From NCBI GenBank assembly GCA_963805855.1, contig CAWDVW010000005.1:1022297-1086296 (forward strand): a DNA stretch of 64,000 nucleotides, given 5' to 3'. The notes under the pieces were generated by a model. The model was not told where the DNA came from. It did not search any database and saw only the letters and a list, made by a program, of their open reading frames with translations. The position numbers were made by a program, and so were the translations under genes. Below, in pieces: positions 20,526 through 30,826 of the stretch (its first letter is position 1; every line of letters starts with the position of its first letter). The stretch is from Candidatus Dadabacteria bacterium (GTDB lineage Bacteria > Desulfobacterota_D > UBA1144 > Nemesobacterales > CSP1-2).

Positions 20526-20908
20526 TGGAGGTGCCGGGAATCGAACCCGGGTCCTCCGTCGCTTCACGAGGGCTTCTCCGTGCGCAGTCCGCTGTGCCTC
20601 TACTCGGATCCACCGGTCGCGCGGACGAGCCAGTGTGACGATCCCAGTCGCTGTGTGGTGTTCCCGCCTACCCCGCGACCGGGCGGACGGGTGAGTCCCC
20701 TAGCTGATGCCGGGGTCCGGGGCGGGGACGCCCCCGGTCCGACAGCTCGCTACTGGATCAGGCCGCGAGCGCGAGGCTCCTGCTGCGCCAGCGGTGCCGC
20801 TTTTCGGCGGCACTTATTTTTTTACGACGCATGGTTAACGAGATCATCGTCGTCTTCCTCGGCACGCTTCCCCTCGATCCGATTCCGGAGTCGAAACCGT
20901 TCACCCCC
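20526..20908 (-). ncRNA. ssrA: tmRNA
   Basis: 5' GGGGGTGAACGGTTTCGAC; 3' T-arm and acceptor GACCCGGGTTCGATTCCCGGCACCTCCA; tag frame ends ...LALAA* (20758-20811); smpB is about 1 kb away. Confidence 0.95.
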
Positions 20909-21018
20909 TTGCGCCGCCCGTGCGGCGGCTGCACCAGGGTAACGCCTGGGGCCCGCCGGATCATCCCGGATCCACCCGACGGGCGTCCGGCCCGTCGAGC
21001 GGCGTCGACCTCGCCGGT

Positions 21019-21937
21019 CTAGCCGGACCGGCCCAGGAGGCGGGCCGGGGCGTCGTGCAGGACCGACCGCAGGAACGGGGCGCCGAGCCGGTCGTCCGCG
21101 GCCGCCCAGCTCGCGACGGCGCGCACCTGCTCGGCGTAGGCGTAGGGGATGTTCGGGAAGTCCGAGCCGAAGACGACCCGGTCCGCGACGTCCACGAGCC
21201 GGGCGGCCCAGTCGGGCGGCAGCGGGGCGAACGCCTCGGTGAACGGCGTGCCGACCATCGTCGTGTCGAGGTGGCAGTGCGGATGGCGGGCCAGCAGGTC
21301 GAGGGCGTCGGCGAAGTCGGGCAACCCCGCGTGCGCGAGCACGGCCCGCAGGCGGGGGTGCGCCGCGAGGACCTCGCCGAAGACGTCGAGCCCGGTGTGC
21401 ACGCCACGGCGCGGGCCGTGGCCGCAGTGCACGACGACCGGGACGCCGGCCTCGGCGAGGAGGCCCCACGCGGGGGTCAGCAGCGGGTCGCGCGGGTCGA
21501 AGCCGCCGACCTGCACGTGCACCTTCGCGATCCGCGCGCCGGCCGTCGACCGCGGCGCCGAGGTAGTCGGCGACGTCCGGCTCGGGGAACAGCGTGGCGG
21601 TCGGCACGCGCGCCCGGGGTGGCGTCGGCGAAGGCCGTGACCCACCCGTTGAGCCAGCGCGCCATCCCGGCGCGGTGCGGATAGACCAGCGGCGCGAACG
21701 TCACGACGCCGAGGTCCTTCAGGATGGCGACCCGGCGCTCGGCTCGGGCAGCCGGTAGTGCACCGGCCAGGGCATCCCGTAGTGCTCCTGCGCCTGGTCG
21801 AAGTACCCCCACACCTTGCGCAGCACGTTCTCGGGCAGGAAGTGCACGTGGACGTCGACGATGCCGGGGACGCCGAGGTCGGCGAGGAACCGCGGGACGT
21901 CCGCGTCGTCGACCGGCGGAGCCGGAACGTCGGACAC
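21019..21937 (-). CDS. Amidohydrolase family protein (frameshifted, probably read errors)
   Basis: DVHVHF, KVHVQVG, VVHCG, AHAG, LDTT and FGSDFP motifs spread over three frames. Confidence 0.8.
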
Positions 21938-21983
21938 CTCCGGCGGAGCCGGAACGTCGGACCGGCCTGCGGTGCGGGCACCG

Positions 21984-22469
21984 TCACCGCAGCTCCCGCA
22001 CGCGCCCCTTCGCCGCGCGCCCGTAGGCCCGTGCGATCTCCCGGTCCGAGTCGCGCTTGGCCAGGTCCTGGCGCTTGTCGTAGGCGCGCTTGCCGCGGGC
22101 GAGCGCGAGTTCGAGCTTGACCTTGCCGTCGCGGAAGTACAGCGACAGCGGCACCAGCGTCAGCCCGCCCTCGCGGGTCTTGCCGATCAGCCGCTCGATC
22201 TCGTCGCGGTGCAGCAGCAGCTTGCGGTTGCGCCGCGGCTCGTGGTTCGTCCAGCTGCCGTGCGTGTACTCGGGGATGTGCAGGCCGCGCAGCCAGACCT
22301 CGCCGTCGTCGATCGTGGCGAAGGAGTCGACGAGCGACGCCCGCCCCAGCCGCAGGCTCTTGACCTCGGTGCCGACCAGCGCGACCCCGGCCTCGTAGGT
22401 GTCGAGGATGGTGTAGTCGTGGCGCGCCTTGCGGTTCTGCGCGATGGTCTTGCGGCCCTGCTCCTTCAC
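21984..22469 (-). CDS. smpB: SsrA-binding protein
   Basis: [27 protein letters not shown]. Confidence 0.97.
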   Translation of the reverse strand: MKEQGRKTIAQNRKARHDYTILDTYEAGVALVGTEVKSLRLGRASLVDSFATIDDGEVWLRGLHIPEYTHGSWTNHEPRRNRKLLLHRDEIERLIGKTREGGLTLVPLSLYFRDGKVKLELALARGKRAYDKRQDLAKRDSDREIARAYGRAAKGRVRELR

Positions 22470-22564
22470 CTGTCCAGTTTACGCCGATGACCAACGTGGA
22501 CGGCCGTCGCCAACGTTCTACCCTTGGAACCAGTAGATGTTCTACCAGGAGGCCTCTGGCCGGG

Positions 22565-22819
22565 ATGAACATCAAGAACCCTGAGGCGCAGGCGCTGGCC
22601 AAGGAGTTGGCGGATCTGACCGGCGAGACCATGACTGAAGCGGTGATCGTCGCCCTGCGTGAGCGGCTGGCCGAGGTTCGTTCCCGGGAGGAGCACGTCC
22701 GAGCTCGAACCGAGGCAATCATGGCGATCGGGCGTGAGGTCGCCTCGCGCATACCTCCCGAGCTTCGCGACAAAGACGTCGATGCCTAGCTGTACGACGA
22801 GCGCGGGCTGCCCCATTGA
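22565..22819 (+). CDS. vapB: VapB-like antitoxin (apparent TAG at 22787, then LYDERGLPH)
   Basis: [27 protein letters not shown] with the conserved tail LYDE.GLP; stop overlaps the vapC start. Confidence 0.8.
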
Positions 22820-23210
22820 TCGTCGATCCTCAGCCCTCGTCGCGATCGTGTTCCAGGAGTCCGACGCCGAGCGCTACGCCGAGGCTCTGGCGGATGCCCG
22901 ACCCCGTCCCTGCTTCCCGCACCGGGGTACGTCGAGGCCGCGATCGTCATCGACGGGCTCCGCGATCCGGTGGTCGGGTACCAGCTCGATGCTCTCGATC
23001 AAGGCGTCCCGCATCCGAATCGAGCCGTTCACCGAAGAGCAAGCACGAATTGCGCGGCAGGCATACCGGGACTTCGGACGCGGCAGCGGACACCCGGCAA
23101 AGCTGAACTTCGGCGACTGCATCTCCTTCGCGATGGCCAAGGCACTCGGCGAGCCGCTGCTCTACAAGGGGAACGACTTCGGCCACACCGGCATCCGCTC
23201 GGCGCTGTAG
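22816..23210 (+). CDS. vapC: VapC PIN toxin (frameshifted)
   Basis: MIVD.SALVAI..., FGRGSGHPAKLNFGDC, LLYKGNDF.HT. Confidence 0.88.
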
Positions 23211-24113
23211 CTACAGCCGCACGTACAGCCGCAACGTCACGTAGCCCGTCACCGCCGCCACCCCCGCGCCGATCATCAGCAGGATCGGCGAGACCCACAG
23301 GACGTCGCCGACCTCGATCGGCGGGATCACGCCGTTGCTGACGATCCCGGAGAGCAGGTCGTCGATGAACAGGAACTTGCCCACCAGGATCCCCAGCGAC
23401 GCGATCACCGCGCCCACCACCCCGGTGACCACGGCCTCGATGAGGAACGGGAACTGCGTGTACCAGCGCGTCGCGCCGACCAGCCGCATCACGCCGACCT
23501 CCACCCGCCGGGTGAACGCGGAGACCTGCACGGTGTTGCTGATCAGCAGCAACGCGGCGATGGCCTGCACGACCGCGACGGCGAAGGTCAGGTTGCGCAC
23601 GCCGGAGAGGAAGTCGAAGAGCTTGGCGACGACGTCACGCTGGTCGATGATGTTGCGCACGCCGACCTGGCCGATCATCGCCTCGCGCACGGCCTGCGCT
23701 CCGGCCTCGGGGTCGTTCAGCTTGACGCGCAGCGTCGCGGGCAGCGACTGCGGGCGCACCACCTCGGCCAGCGACTGGCCCTTGAACAGCTGCAGGTAGC
23801 GCTCGTAGGCCTGCTGCTGGCTCTCGAAGCGCACCGAGGCCACCAGCGGGGAGTTCTGCAACGTCGCCTTGAGCCCGGAGCAGACGGCCTGGCTGCAGTC
23901 GGCGTCGGCGGACGAGATGTCCGCGGTGAGCGCGACCTGCACCTCGACGCGGTCGCTGTAGAGCTGCTCGGTGCGGTCGATCGTCCGGACGGCGAGCAGC
24001 CCGGTGCCGACCAGGGCCAGCGAGATCGCCGTGGTCAGGACCATGGCGACGGTCATCGTGACGTTGCGCCGCAGGCCGGTGACGACCTCGCGGACGACGA
24101 AGTCGGTACGTCG
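23211..24113 (-). CDS. ftsX: Cell-division permease-like protein FtsX (start approximate, indels near 5' end)
   Basis: [39 protein letters not shown]; located between ftsE and smpB. Confidence 0.92.
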   Translation of the reverse strand, partial: RRTDFVVREVVTGLRRNVTMTVAMVLTTAISLALVGTGLLAVRTIDRTEQLYSDRVEVQVALTADISSADADCSQAVCSGLKATLQNSPLVASVRFESQQQAYERYLQLFKGQSLAEVVRPQSLPATLRVKLNDPEAGAQAVREAMIGQVGVRNIIDQRDVVAKLFDFLSGVRNLTFAVAVVQAIAALLLISNTVQVSAFTRRVEVGVMRLVGATRWYTQFPFLIEAVVTGVVGAVIASLGILVGKFLFIDDLLSGIVSNGVIPPIEVGDVLWVSPILLMIGAGVAAVTGYVTLRLYVRL

Positions 24114-24119
24114 AGATCG

Positions 24120-24810
24120 TCAGCGGCCCGACCCCGTAGACGCCCCGCACGTCGTCGCGGACCAGCTTGCCCATGCTCAGCTCCACCACGCGCCGGCGCA
24201 TCGAGTCGACGATCGAGTGGTCGTGGGTGGCCATGAGGACCGTCGTACCGGTGCGGTTGATCCGCTCCAGCAGCAGCATGATGTCCTGGCTGGTGTCCGG
24301 GTCCAGGTTGCCGGTCGGCTCGTCGGCCAGCAGCACCATCGGCCGGTTCGCGAACGCCCGGGCGATCGCGACGCGCTGCTGCTCGCCGCCGGAGAGCTCG
24401 TGCGGCATCCGCTCGGCCTTGCCCTCGAGGCCGACCAGCTCCAGCACCTCGGGGACGATCTTGCGGACGGTCTGCGGCGGCTTGCCGATCACCTCGAGGG
24501 CGAAGGCGACGTTGCCGCCGACGGTCTTGTTCGGCAGCAGCCGGAAGTCCTGGAACACGCAGCCGATCCGCTGGCGCAGCCGGGGGACGCGGCGGCGCGG
24601 CAGCTTCGCGACGTCGAGGTCCGCGACCGTGATCGTGCCCCGGGTCGGGACGTCCTCGCGCAGCAGGAGCCGCAGGAACGTCGACTTGCCGGAGCCCGAC
24701 GGCCCGATGAGGAAGACGAACTCCCCTCGCTCGATGTCGACCGAGACGCGGTCGAGCGCCGGGCGCGTCGAGGTCTTGTACATCTTGGTGACGCGTTCCA
24801 GGCGGATCAC
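24120..24810 (-). CDS. ftsE: Cell-division ATP-binding protein FtsE
   Basis: [42 protein letters not shown]. Confidence 0.95.
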
Positions 24811-24847
24811 GACCGCGCAGCGTAGTAAGTGCCCGCCGCGGGCCGGC

Positions 24848-25961
24848 CTACCGGGCGGCCGTCTCCTGGCTCCGGCGCCAGCGGATGCCGGCCTCGATGA
24901 AGCCGTCGATGTCGCCGTCGAGCACGGCGCTCGGGTTGCCGACCTCGTGCTCGGTGCGCAGGTCCTTGACCATCTGGTACGGGTGCAGGACGTAGGAGCG
25001 CATCTGGTTGCCCCACGACGAGCCGGTCGTCCTTGAGCGCGTCCATCCTGGCCTGCTCCTCCTGGCGGCGGCGCTCGAGCAGCTTGGCCTGCAGCACCAT
25101 CATCGCCGAGGCCTTGTTCTGCAGCTGGCTGCGCTCGTTCTGGCAGGAGACGACGATGCCGGTCGGGCAGGTGGGTCAGGCGCACGGCGGAGTCGGTGGT
25201 GTTCACGCCCTGGCCGCCGGGGCCCGAGGAGCGGTAGACGTCGACGCGGAGGTCCTTCTCGTCGATGTCGACGTGGTCGGTCTGTCTCGACGACCGGCGC
25301 GACCTCGACGCCGGCGAACGACGTCTGGCGGCGGCCCTGGTTGTCGAACGGCGAGATGCGCACCAGCCGGTGCGTGCCCTGCTCGACCGACAGCGTCCCG
25401 TAGGCGAACGGGGCGTGGACCTGGAACGTCGCCGACTTGATCCCCGCCTCCTCCGCGTAGGAGGTGTCGTAGACCTCGATGGCGTAGCCGTGGCGCTCGG
25501 CCCAGCGCAGGTACATGCGCATGAGCATCTCGGCGAAGTCGGCGGCGTCCACCCCGCCGGCCTCCGAGCGGATCGTGACGAGCGCCTCGCGGGCGTCGTA
25601 CTCGCCCGAGAGCAGCGTGCGGACCTCCAGCTCTGGATGTCGTCGCGCAGCTTGACGGCGCTCGACGTCGGCCTCGGCGAGCGACCCGGCGTCGTCCTCC
25701 TCCTCGGCCAGCTCGTAGAGCACCGGGCAGGTCGTCGAGGCGGCGGCGCAGCTCCTCGACGCGCCGCAGGTCGCCCTGGGCGTGCGACAGCCGGCTGGTG
25801 ACCTTCTGCGCGGCCTCGGGGTCGTTCCACAGGTCCGGGCGGCCCGCCTGCTCCGACAGGTCCGCGATCTCGGCGCGCAGCGCGGGCAGGTCCGTGACCG
25901 CCTCGATGCTCTCCAGCGTGGTGGAGAGGTCTTTCAACTCGGCCGCGACGTCGGGGTTCAC
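24848..25961 (-). CDS. prfB: Peptide chain release factor 2 (several indels)
   Basis: SPF motif (RISPFD), [33 protein letters not shown]. Confidence 0.95.
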
Positions 25962-25985
25962 AACGGTTCAGGGTACGCGCGGAGG

Positions 25986-26504
25986 TCAGTCGAGCGGGAT
26001 CGCGTCCAGCAGCTTGACCATGGCCCGGTTGTGGGCGACGGCGAAGTCCGCGACGGCCCGCCGGTACGGGTCGTCCTCGCCGCGGGCGGCGGCCCGCGCC
26101 GACGCCAGCCGGGCGCCGAACGTGTCGCGGTTGCAGCGGACGAGCTCCTTGCGCTCGTCAGCGGGGATCGCGCCGGCGTGCAGCAGCCGCAGGACGAGCG
26201 GGCTCCGCAGGGACTCCGAGCCCCCGCCCGACGCCAGCCAGGCCGCGAACGCGCGCCGGCCCGCCGCCGTGATCACGTACTGCTGCGACGCCCGCGGCCC
26301 CTGCTCGCCCAGCTTGAGCAGGCCCGCCTCGGTCAGAGCGGGAAGCTCGCGGTACACCTGGCTGCGGGTGACGGAGAAGAAGGAGCCGAACCGGCCGTCC
26401 GCAGCGGAGACCAGCCGGCCGCCGGACATCGGGCCGTCGTGCAGGAGACCGAGCAGGGCGGCGGCGGTCGCGTTGATTACTGGCGCTCTCCCCCGGGGCG
26501 TCAT
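25986..26504 (-). CDS. PadR-family transcriptional regulator
   Basis: [30 protein letters not shown]. Confidence 0.85.
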   Translation of the reverse strand: MTPRGRAPVINATAAALLGLLHDGPMSGGRLVSAADGRFGSFFSVTRSQVYRELPALTEAGLLKLGEQGPRASQQYVITAAGRRAFAAWLASGGGSESLRSPLVLRLLHAGAIPADERKELVRCNRDTFGARLASARAAARGEDDPYRRAVADFAVAHNRAMVKLLDAIPLD

Positions 26505-26556
26505 TCCATAACGGTGACACGGGACCGCGCGGTTCGCCCGGTGACGCCCGTCGGGT

Positions 26557-27341
26557 TCACCGGCCGGTGAGGCGCGCCCGCAAACGCTCCAGCGAGGCGT
26601 CGTCGAGCCCGTTCGCCCGCAGCCAGCCCACCGCGCCGTCGGAGCCGTCGCGGCCGTGCTCGTCGTCCAACCGGGACAGCACCGTCGCGATCACCTCGGC
26701 CCGGGGCAGGTGCGGGGTGAGGTCCTCGGGCATGTCCCGGCCCAGCGCCGTCGTCCACCGCCGGAACATCGCCTCCACGTGCCGCGCGGACAGCGCGTAG
26801 TCGGCGATCACCGCCTCGCGCTCGACCCCGACCGCGTCGAGCACGAGGGCGAGCAGCACGCCGGTCCGGTCCTTGCCCGCGGCGCAGTGCACGAGCGTCG
26901 GGCCGGCGTCGGAGCTGGCCGAGCAGGCGCACGGCCTGCACGACGTTCTCCGTCCGGTCGACGAGGTAGCCGAGGTAGGCGCGCAGCAGCGGGTCGGTGT
27001 CGTCACCCGGTCTCGGGCAGCGCGGTGCCGTCCTCGGGGATGAAGCTCAGCGGAACGGTCTCGACGCCGCGCGCCGCCACCGCCGTCGGGCCGTCGCGGT
27101 CGATCTCCCGGGCGGTCCGCAGGTCGATCACGAGGCGCAGGCCGACCACGTCGACGAGGTGCGCCACGTCGTCGTCGGTGAGGTAGCGCAGGTTCGCGCT
27201 GCGCAGCAGCTCGCCGAACCGGGTGCGGCCCCCGTCGCGCAGGGGCAGACCACCGGCGTCGCGGACGTTGTCCAGCCCCTCGAGCTGCACCCAGCGGTCC
27301 GACTCGGTGTCCTTCACGGTCTCCTGCACGGCGTCGCCCAC
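26557..27341 (-). CDS. Protein tyrosine/serine phosphatase (frameshifted)
   Basis: NVRDAGG, VIDLRT..E, P-loop VHCAAGKDRTG, DYALS. Confidence 0.85.
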
Positions 27342-27577
27342 GACACGACACTAACCACTCCGCCTGGGGTCCGACCTCGATCGCGGAGACGGGACCTGTC
27401 GCACAGCGTGACGATTCGGCGCCGGTCCCGCCGACCAGCGCGAACGCCACCGGTCGCGCGCGACGACCGTTCGGCGCTGCTCACGCGGCTCGACCACGGC
27501 CCGGTTCGATCCGACGAGCGGTGAACACGTTGCGCCGAACGACGTAACGTCTCCTTGTTCCGGCCCCGCCACTTCCC

Positions 27578-27583
27578 TACAGT
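27578..27583 (+). promoter_or_regulatory. Putative -10 element of the SLT gene
   Basis: TACAGT (TANNNT) about 8 nt before the structured leader begins. Confidence 0.45.
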
Positions 27584-27591
27584 TCTGTACC

Positions 27592-27685
27592 GAGCGTCAC
27601 GACCCGACCACGTACACAGCGGAGCCGGACTCCCCACCGGCTCCCCGGGCCCTCCCCACCCGGTGTGCCCGTGGCCGGGTCGCTC
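27592..27685 (+). ncRNA. Candidate structured cis-regulatory leader RNA
   Basis: Long closing stem enclosing two hairpins with ACTCCCCA and CCCTCCCCA loops, just upstream of SD GGAAGGA. Confidence 0.5.
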
Positions 27686-27707
27686 CCCGCGCTGGAAGGA
27701 CAGGTCC

Positions 27708-28497
27708 GTGGCTGGTCACCGCTCCCCGAGTGGTCGCCGCGCGCAGCCGCGCCGTCGTGGTCCGCGATCGCGCCGCGCACCGGGCCCCGTCGGACGGCCA
27801 GCGCCGCGTGCAGGTCGTCGCCGCGGCCGCCACGCTCGGTGCGGTCGCCGCCGGCACGGCCACGACCTTCCTGTCCGGCGCCACGGCCGCCGCGGACCCG
27901 ACCCCGGCCGTCGCCGACATGGCAGCCGCGACGCCGAACCCGATGCTCGCGGCGAGCGCCGGCGTGCTGCAGCCCGCGGAGCGGATCCGGGCGCTGACCG
28001 CACCGTCGCCGATGCTGCCCGTCGCGTACCGCTTCGACGGCGACGACGCCACCGAGCAGCGGGTGGCGTCGGTGCAGAAGGCGAGCCGGCTCGCCGAGCA
28101 GCTCGCTGCCGTGCACGCCGAGCAGGCCCGGATCCAGGGCGTGATCCGGGCGGGCGGGCTGGACGGCTGGATCGCCGAGGCGCTGCAGGTGATGGGGCTT
28201 CCGCAGCGGCTCGCCCCGGGCGTCAAGAAGATCATCCTGGCGGAGTCGGGCGGTAACCCGCACGCGATCAACACCTGGGACAGCAACGCCGTGCGGGGCA
28301 CTCCGTCGCGCGGGCTCATGCAGACGATCCCGTCGACGTTCCGCACGTACGTGCACCCCGAGCTGGCCGACCGCCCCATCACGGACCCGGTGGCCAACAT
28401 CACCGCGGGCGTCCGCTACATGATCGACCGCTACGGGATGGAGACGGTCGCGGCGGGCGGCCGCAGCGACGGCCTCGGCAGCTACGTCGGCTATTAG
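27708..28497 (+). CDS. Secreted lytic transglycosylase (SLT-domain) protein
   Basis: IILAESGGNP.AIN.WDSNA..GTPSRGLMQTI..TF, DPVANI; probable start GTG 27708 (MAGHRSP) followed by one indel. Confidence 0.85.
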
Positions 28498-29778
28498 TTA
28501 GGCCACGACCGGCGGGGTCACCGGGGCGCCCGGCGGGGGCGGGTCGGGCTCGCGCGGGTCGGGTGCCCGCGGATCCGGCGCCACGTCGTCGTCGGCGGCG
28601 GTCGCCCGCAGCTGCGCGAAGGTCGCCCACGCCACGGCCACCATCGGCACCGCCACCACGGCCCCGATGATCCCGGCCAGCACGGTGCCGGACGCGACGG
28701 ACACCGCGACGACCACCGGGTGCAGCTTCACCGCCCGGCTCATGATCACCGGGTGCAGCACGTGGCCCTCGATCTGCCCGATCACCACGATCAGCACGAG
28801 CACGGCCAGCGCCGTCAGCGGGCCGCGGCCGGCCAGGGCCACGAGCGTCGCGATCCACAGCGCGATCGGGGCACCGATCAGCGGGATGAACGCGCCAAGC
28901 AGGACGAGCAGGGTCAGCGGCAGCGCCAGGGGAACCTTGAGCAGGAACAGCGCGATCCCCACCAGGGTCGCGTTCGACACCGCGACGATCACGACGCCCC
29001 GGGTGTAGCCGGCGAAGGCCGTCCACCCGGCCCGGCCGGCGGCGTCCCAGCGGGTGCGCCGCACCGGGAGCTGGCCCAGCACCCAGCCCCACAGCCGCTC
29101 ACCGGAGTGCAGGAAGAACAGCGAGCAGAACACCGCGAGCGCGAGGCCGGCGAACAGCTCCGCGACGACGCTCGCCTCCCCGGCGGCCTGCGCCGCGAGC
29201 TCGCCACGGTTCGCCGCCAGCCACGCGAACGCCTGGTCGGTCAGCCGCCGGAGCTCACCCGCCGGCAGCCCCAGCGGCGGCCCCGACAGCAACCTCTCGA
29301 TCTCGCGGATGCCGGTGGCGAACTGCCCGATCAGCCGGCCGAACTGCCCGACCGCGGACGTCGCGACGAAGGTGACGACCGCCCCGACCACGATGATCGC
29401 CTGGATGACGGCGATCGCCACCGCCGCCACGCGGGGCATCCACCGGGCGAGCTGGTCGGTCAGCGGGCGGAGCAGGGCGGTGATCAGCAGGCCGACGAAC
29501 ACCGAGATCGCGACGAAGTGCAGCCGCCCCAGCGCCACGAACACCAGGTAGACCGCCACGGCGACGGCGACGGACCGCCAGGCGTACCCGGCCGCGACGC
29601 GCAGCCCGTAGCGCACCGCCTCGTCCGGGTCGGGCCTGCGGGCGGCGGGTCGCGCTGCACCGTTCGCGATCGGCCTCCCCGACGGCGGCTGCGGTCCGGG
29701 CCGCGGCACACCGGGCCTGCGCACGCGCAGACGCGTCGGTGGCCGCCTTCGGCCCGGACCGGGTCGAAGACCCGTCAT
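28498..29778 (-). CDS. AI-2E (PerM) family transporter
   Basis: Multiple TM segments, FIPLIGA, QIEGHVLHP, LHPVVV, GAVVAVP. Confidence 0.88.
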   Translation of the reverse strand: MTGLRPGPGRRRPPTRLRVRRPGVPRPGPQPPSGRPIANGAARPAARRPDPDEAVRYGLRVAAGYAWRSVAVAVAVYLVFVALGRLHFVAISVFVGLLITALLRPLTDQLARWMPRVAAVAIAVIQAIIVVGAVVTFVATSAVGQFGRLIGQFATGIREIERLLSGPPLGLPAGELRRLTDQAFAWLAANRGELAAQAAGEASVVAELFAGLALAVFCSLFFLHSGERLWGWVLGQLPVRRTRWDAAGRAGWTAFAGYTRGVVIVAVSNATLVGIALFLLKVPLALPLTLLVLLGAFIPLIGAPIALWIATLVALAGRGPLTALAVLVLIVVIGQIEGHVLHPVIMSRAVKLHPVVVAVSVASGTVLAGIIGAVVAVPMVAVAWATFAQLRATAADDDVAPDPRAPDPREPDPPPPGAPVTPPVVA

Positions 29779-29929
29779 CGCCCGCGTTTCCTCACGGCAT
29801 CCCCCTGCTCGCATGGGTGTCGCCCGCTGCGAGGCAGTGTCGCACCCATCCCCTTCCTCGGCCTGCGTCGTCGGGCCCATACAGCGATCCGTGACGGGAC
29901 CGCGGACGACCTGGCGAGCGCGCGCCTGA

Positions 29930-30793
29930 TCACCATCCGTAGCCGTCGAGCACGGCCTCGATCCGGGGGACGTAGCGCTCGCCGAAGTGGCGCAGGTTCA
30001 CCAGCAGCTTGTGCAGCTGCAGGGCAGGGCGGCGCTGTGGGTAGCCCGCGTCCGGCGGCCACTCCTGCCGGTAGGCCTCGTGGAACTCCGCGGGCAGGTC
30101 GGCCATGTCCATGAACGCCAGCTCCAGCTCGCGGTCGACGTAGGCCACCGCCGGGTCGACGAGCCAGCGCCCGCCGACGACGTTGCCGGTCCACAGGTCA
30201 CCGTGGGTCAGCGACGCGGGCGGGTGCTCGGGCAGCAGCGCCGGCAGCGGCCCGGCGCAGGCGTGCTCCAGGCGACGGCGCAGCGCGTCGGGGACGGCCG
30301 GGTCGGCCAGGTGCACCCGCACCCGGTTCGCGACGTAGAAGTCGTTCCACCTGTCGTGCCATCCGTTGTGCTGGGTGATGCGGCCGCCGGAGTTGTCACG
30401 GTGCCAGCCGAACCGCGGGCCGGTGGTGCGGTGCAGGCGGGCGACGGCCCGGCCCAGGCCGGCCCAGTCCGGCGACCCCGCCACGCGCTCGAGGACCAGC
30501 AGGTCGCCCGCGGCGGCCAGCACCGACGGGACCGGCGCCCCGGCCCCGGCCAGGGCCGCGAGCCCGTCGGCCTCGACCTCCGCCGGGTACGGGCAGCGCT
30601 TGACCACCACCGGGCGGCCGTCGGCGAGCGTCCCGCCGAGCACGGTGCAGACGAGGCCGCCGGGCAGCGGCTCAGCGCCGGCGAGCGGCGGCAGGTGCGC
30701 GGGCCAGCCGGGGACGTCCACGCGCGCAGCCTGCCCGAGAATGGCGGGGTGCGCGTCGCGGACCGGTTGCACCGGCCGGGCGGCGCCGGACAT
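29930..30793 (-). CDS. Fructosamine kinase family protein
   Basis: EADGL..L, RFGWHRDN, LTHGDLWTGN, VDPAVAY.DRELELA. Confidence 0.85.
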   Translation of the reverse strand: MSGAARPVQPVRDAHPAILGQAARVDVPGWPAHLPPLAGAEPLPGGLVCTVLGGTLADGRPVVVKRCPYPAEVEADGLAALAGAGAPVPSVLAAAGDLLVLERVAGSPDWAGLGRAVARLHRTTGPRFGWHRDNSGGRITQHNGWHDRWNDFYVANRVRVHLADPAVPDALRRRLEHACAGPLPALLPEHPPASLTHGDLWTGNVVGGRWLVDPAVAYVDRELELAFMDMADLPAEFHEAYRQEWPPDAGYPQRRPALQLHKLLVNLRHFGERYVPRIEAVLDGYGW

Positions 30794-30826
30794 GCTGGCA
30801 CCGGCGCGGACCCGGGAGGTAAGGGC

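Noticed and set aside
21913-21963. 27-bp tandem duplication at the amidohydrolase 5' end
   Set aside because: It encodes SDVPAPP twice in a low-complexity N-terminus; no evidence of function.
24848-25961. Programmed frameshift in prfB
   Set aside because: There is no CTT-TGA slippery site near the 5' end; the several indels are scattered as in neighbouring genes, consistent with read errors.
27540-27710. c-di-AMP (ydaO) riboswitch before the SLT gene
   Set aside because: I could not find the GCCGAAUCC / GGAACC-GGGG signature; the region is reported instead as an unknown structure.
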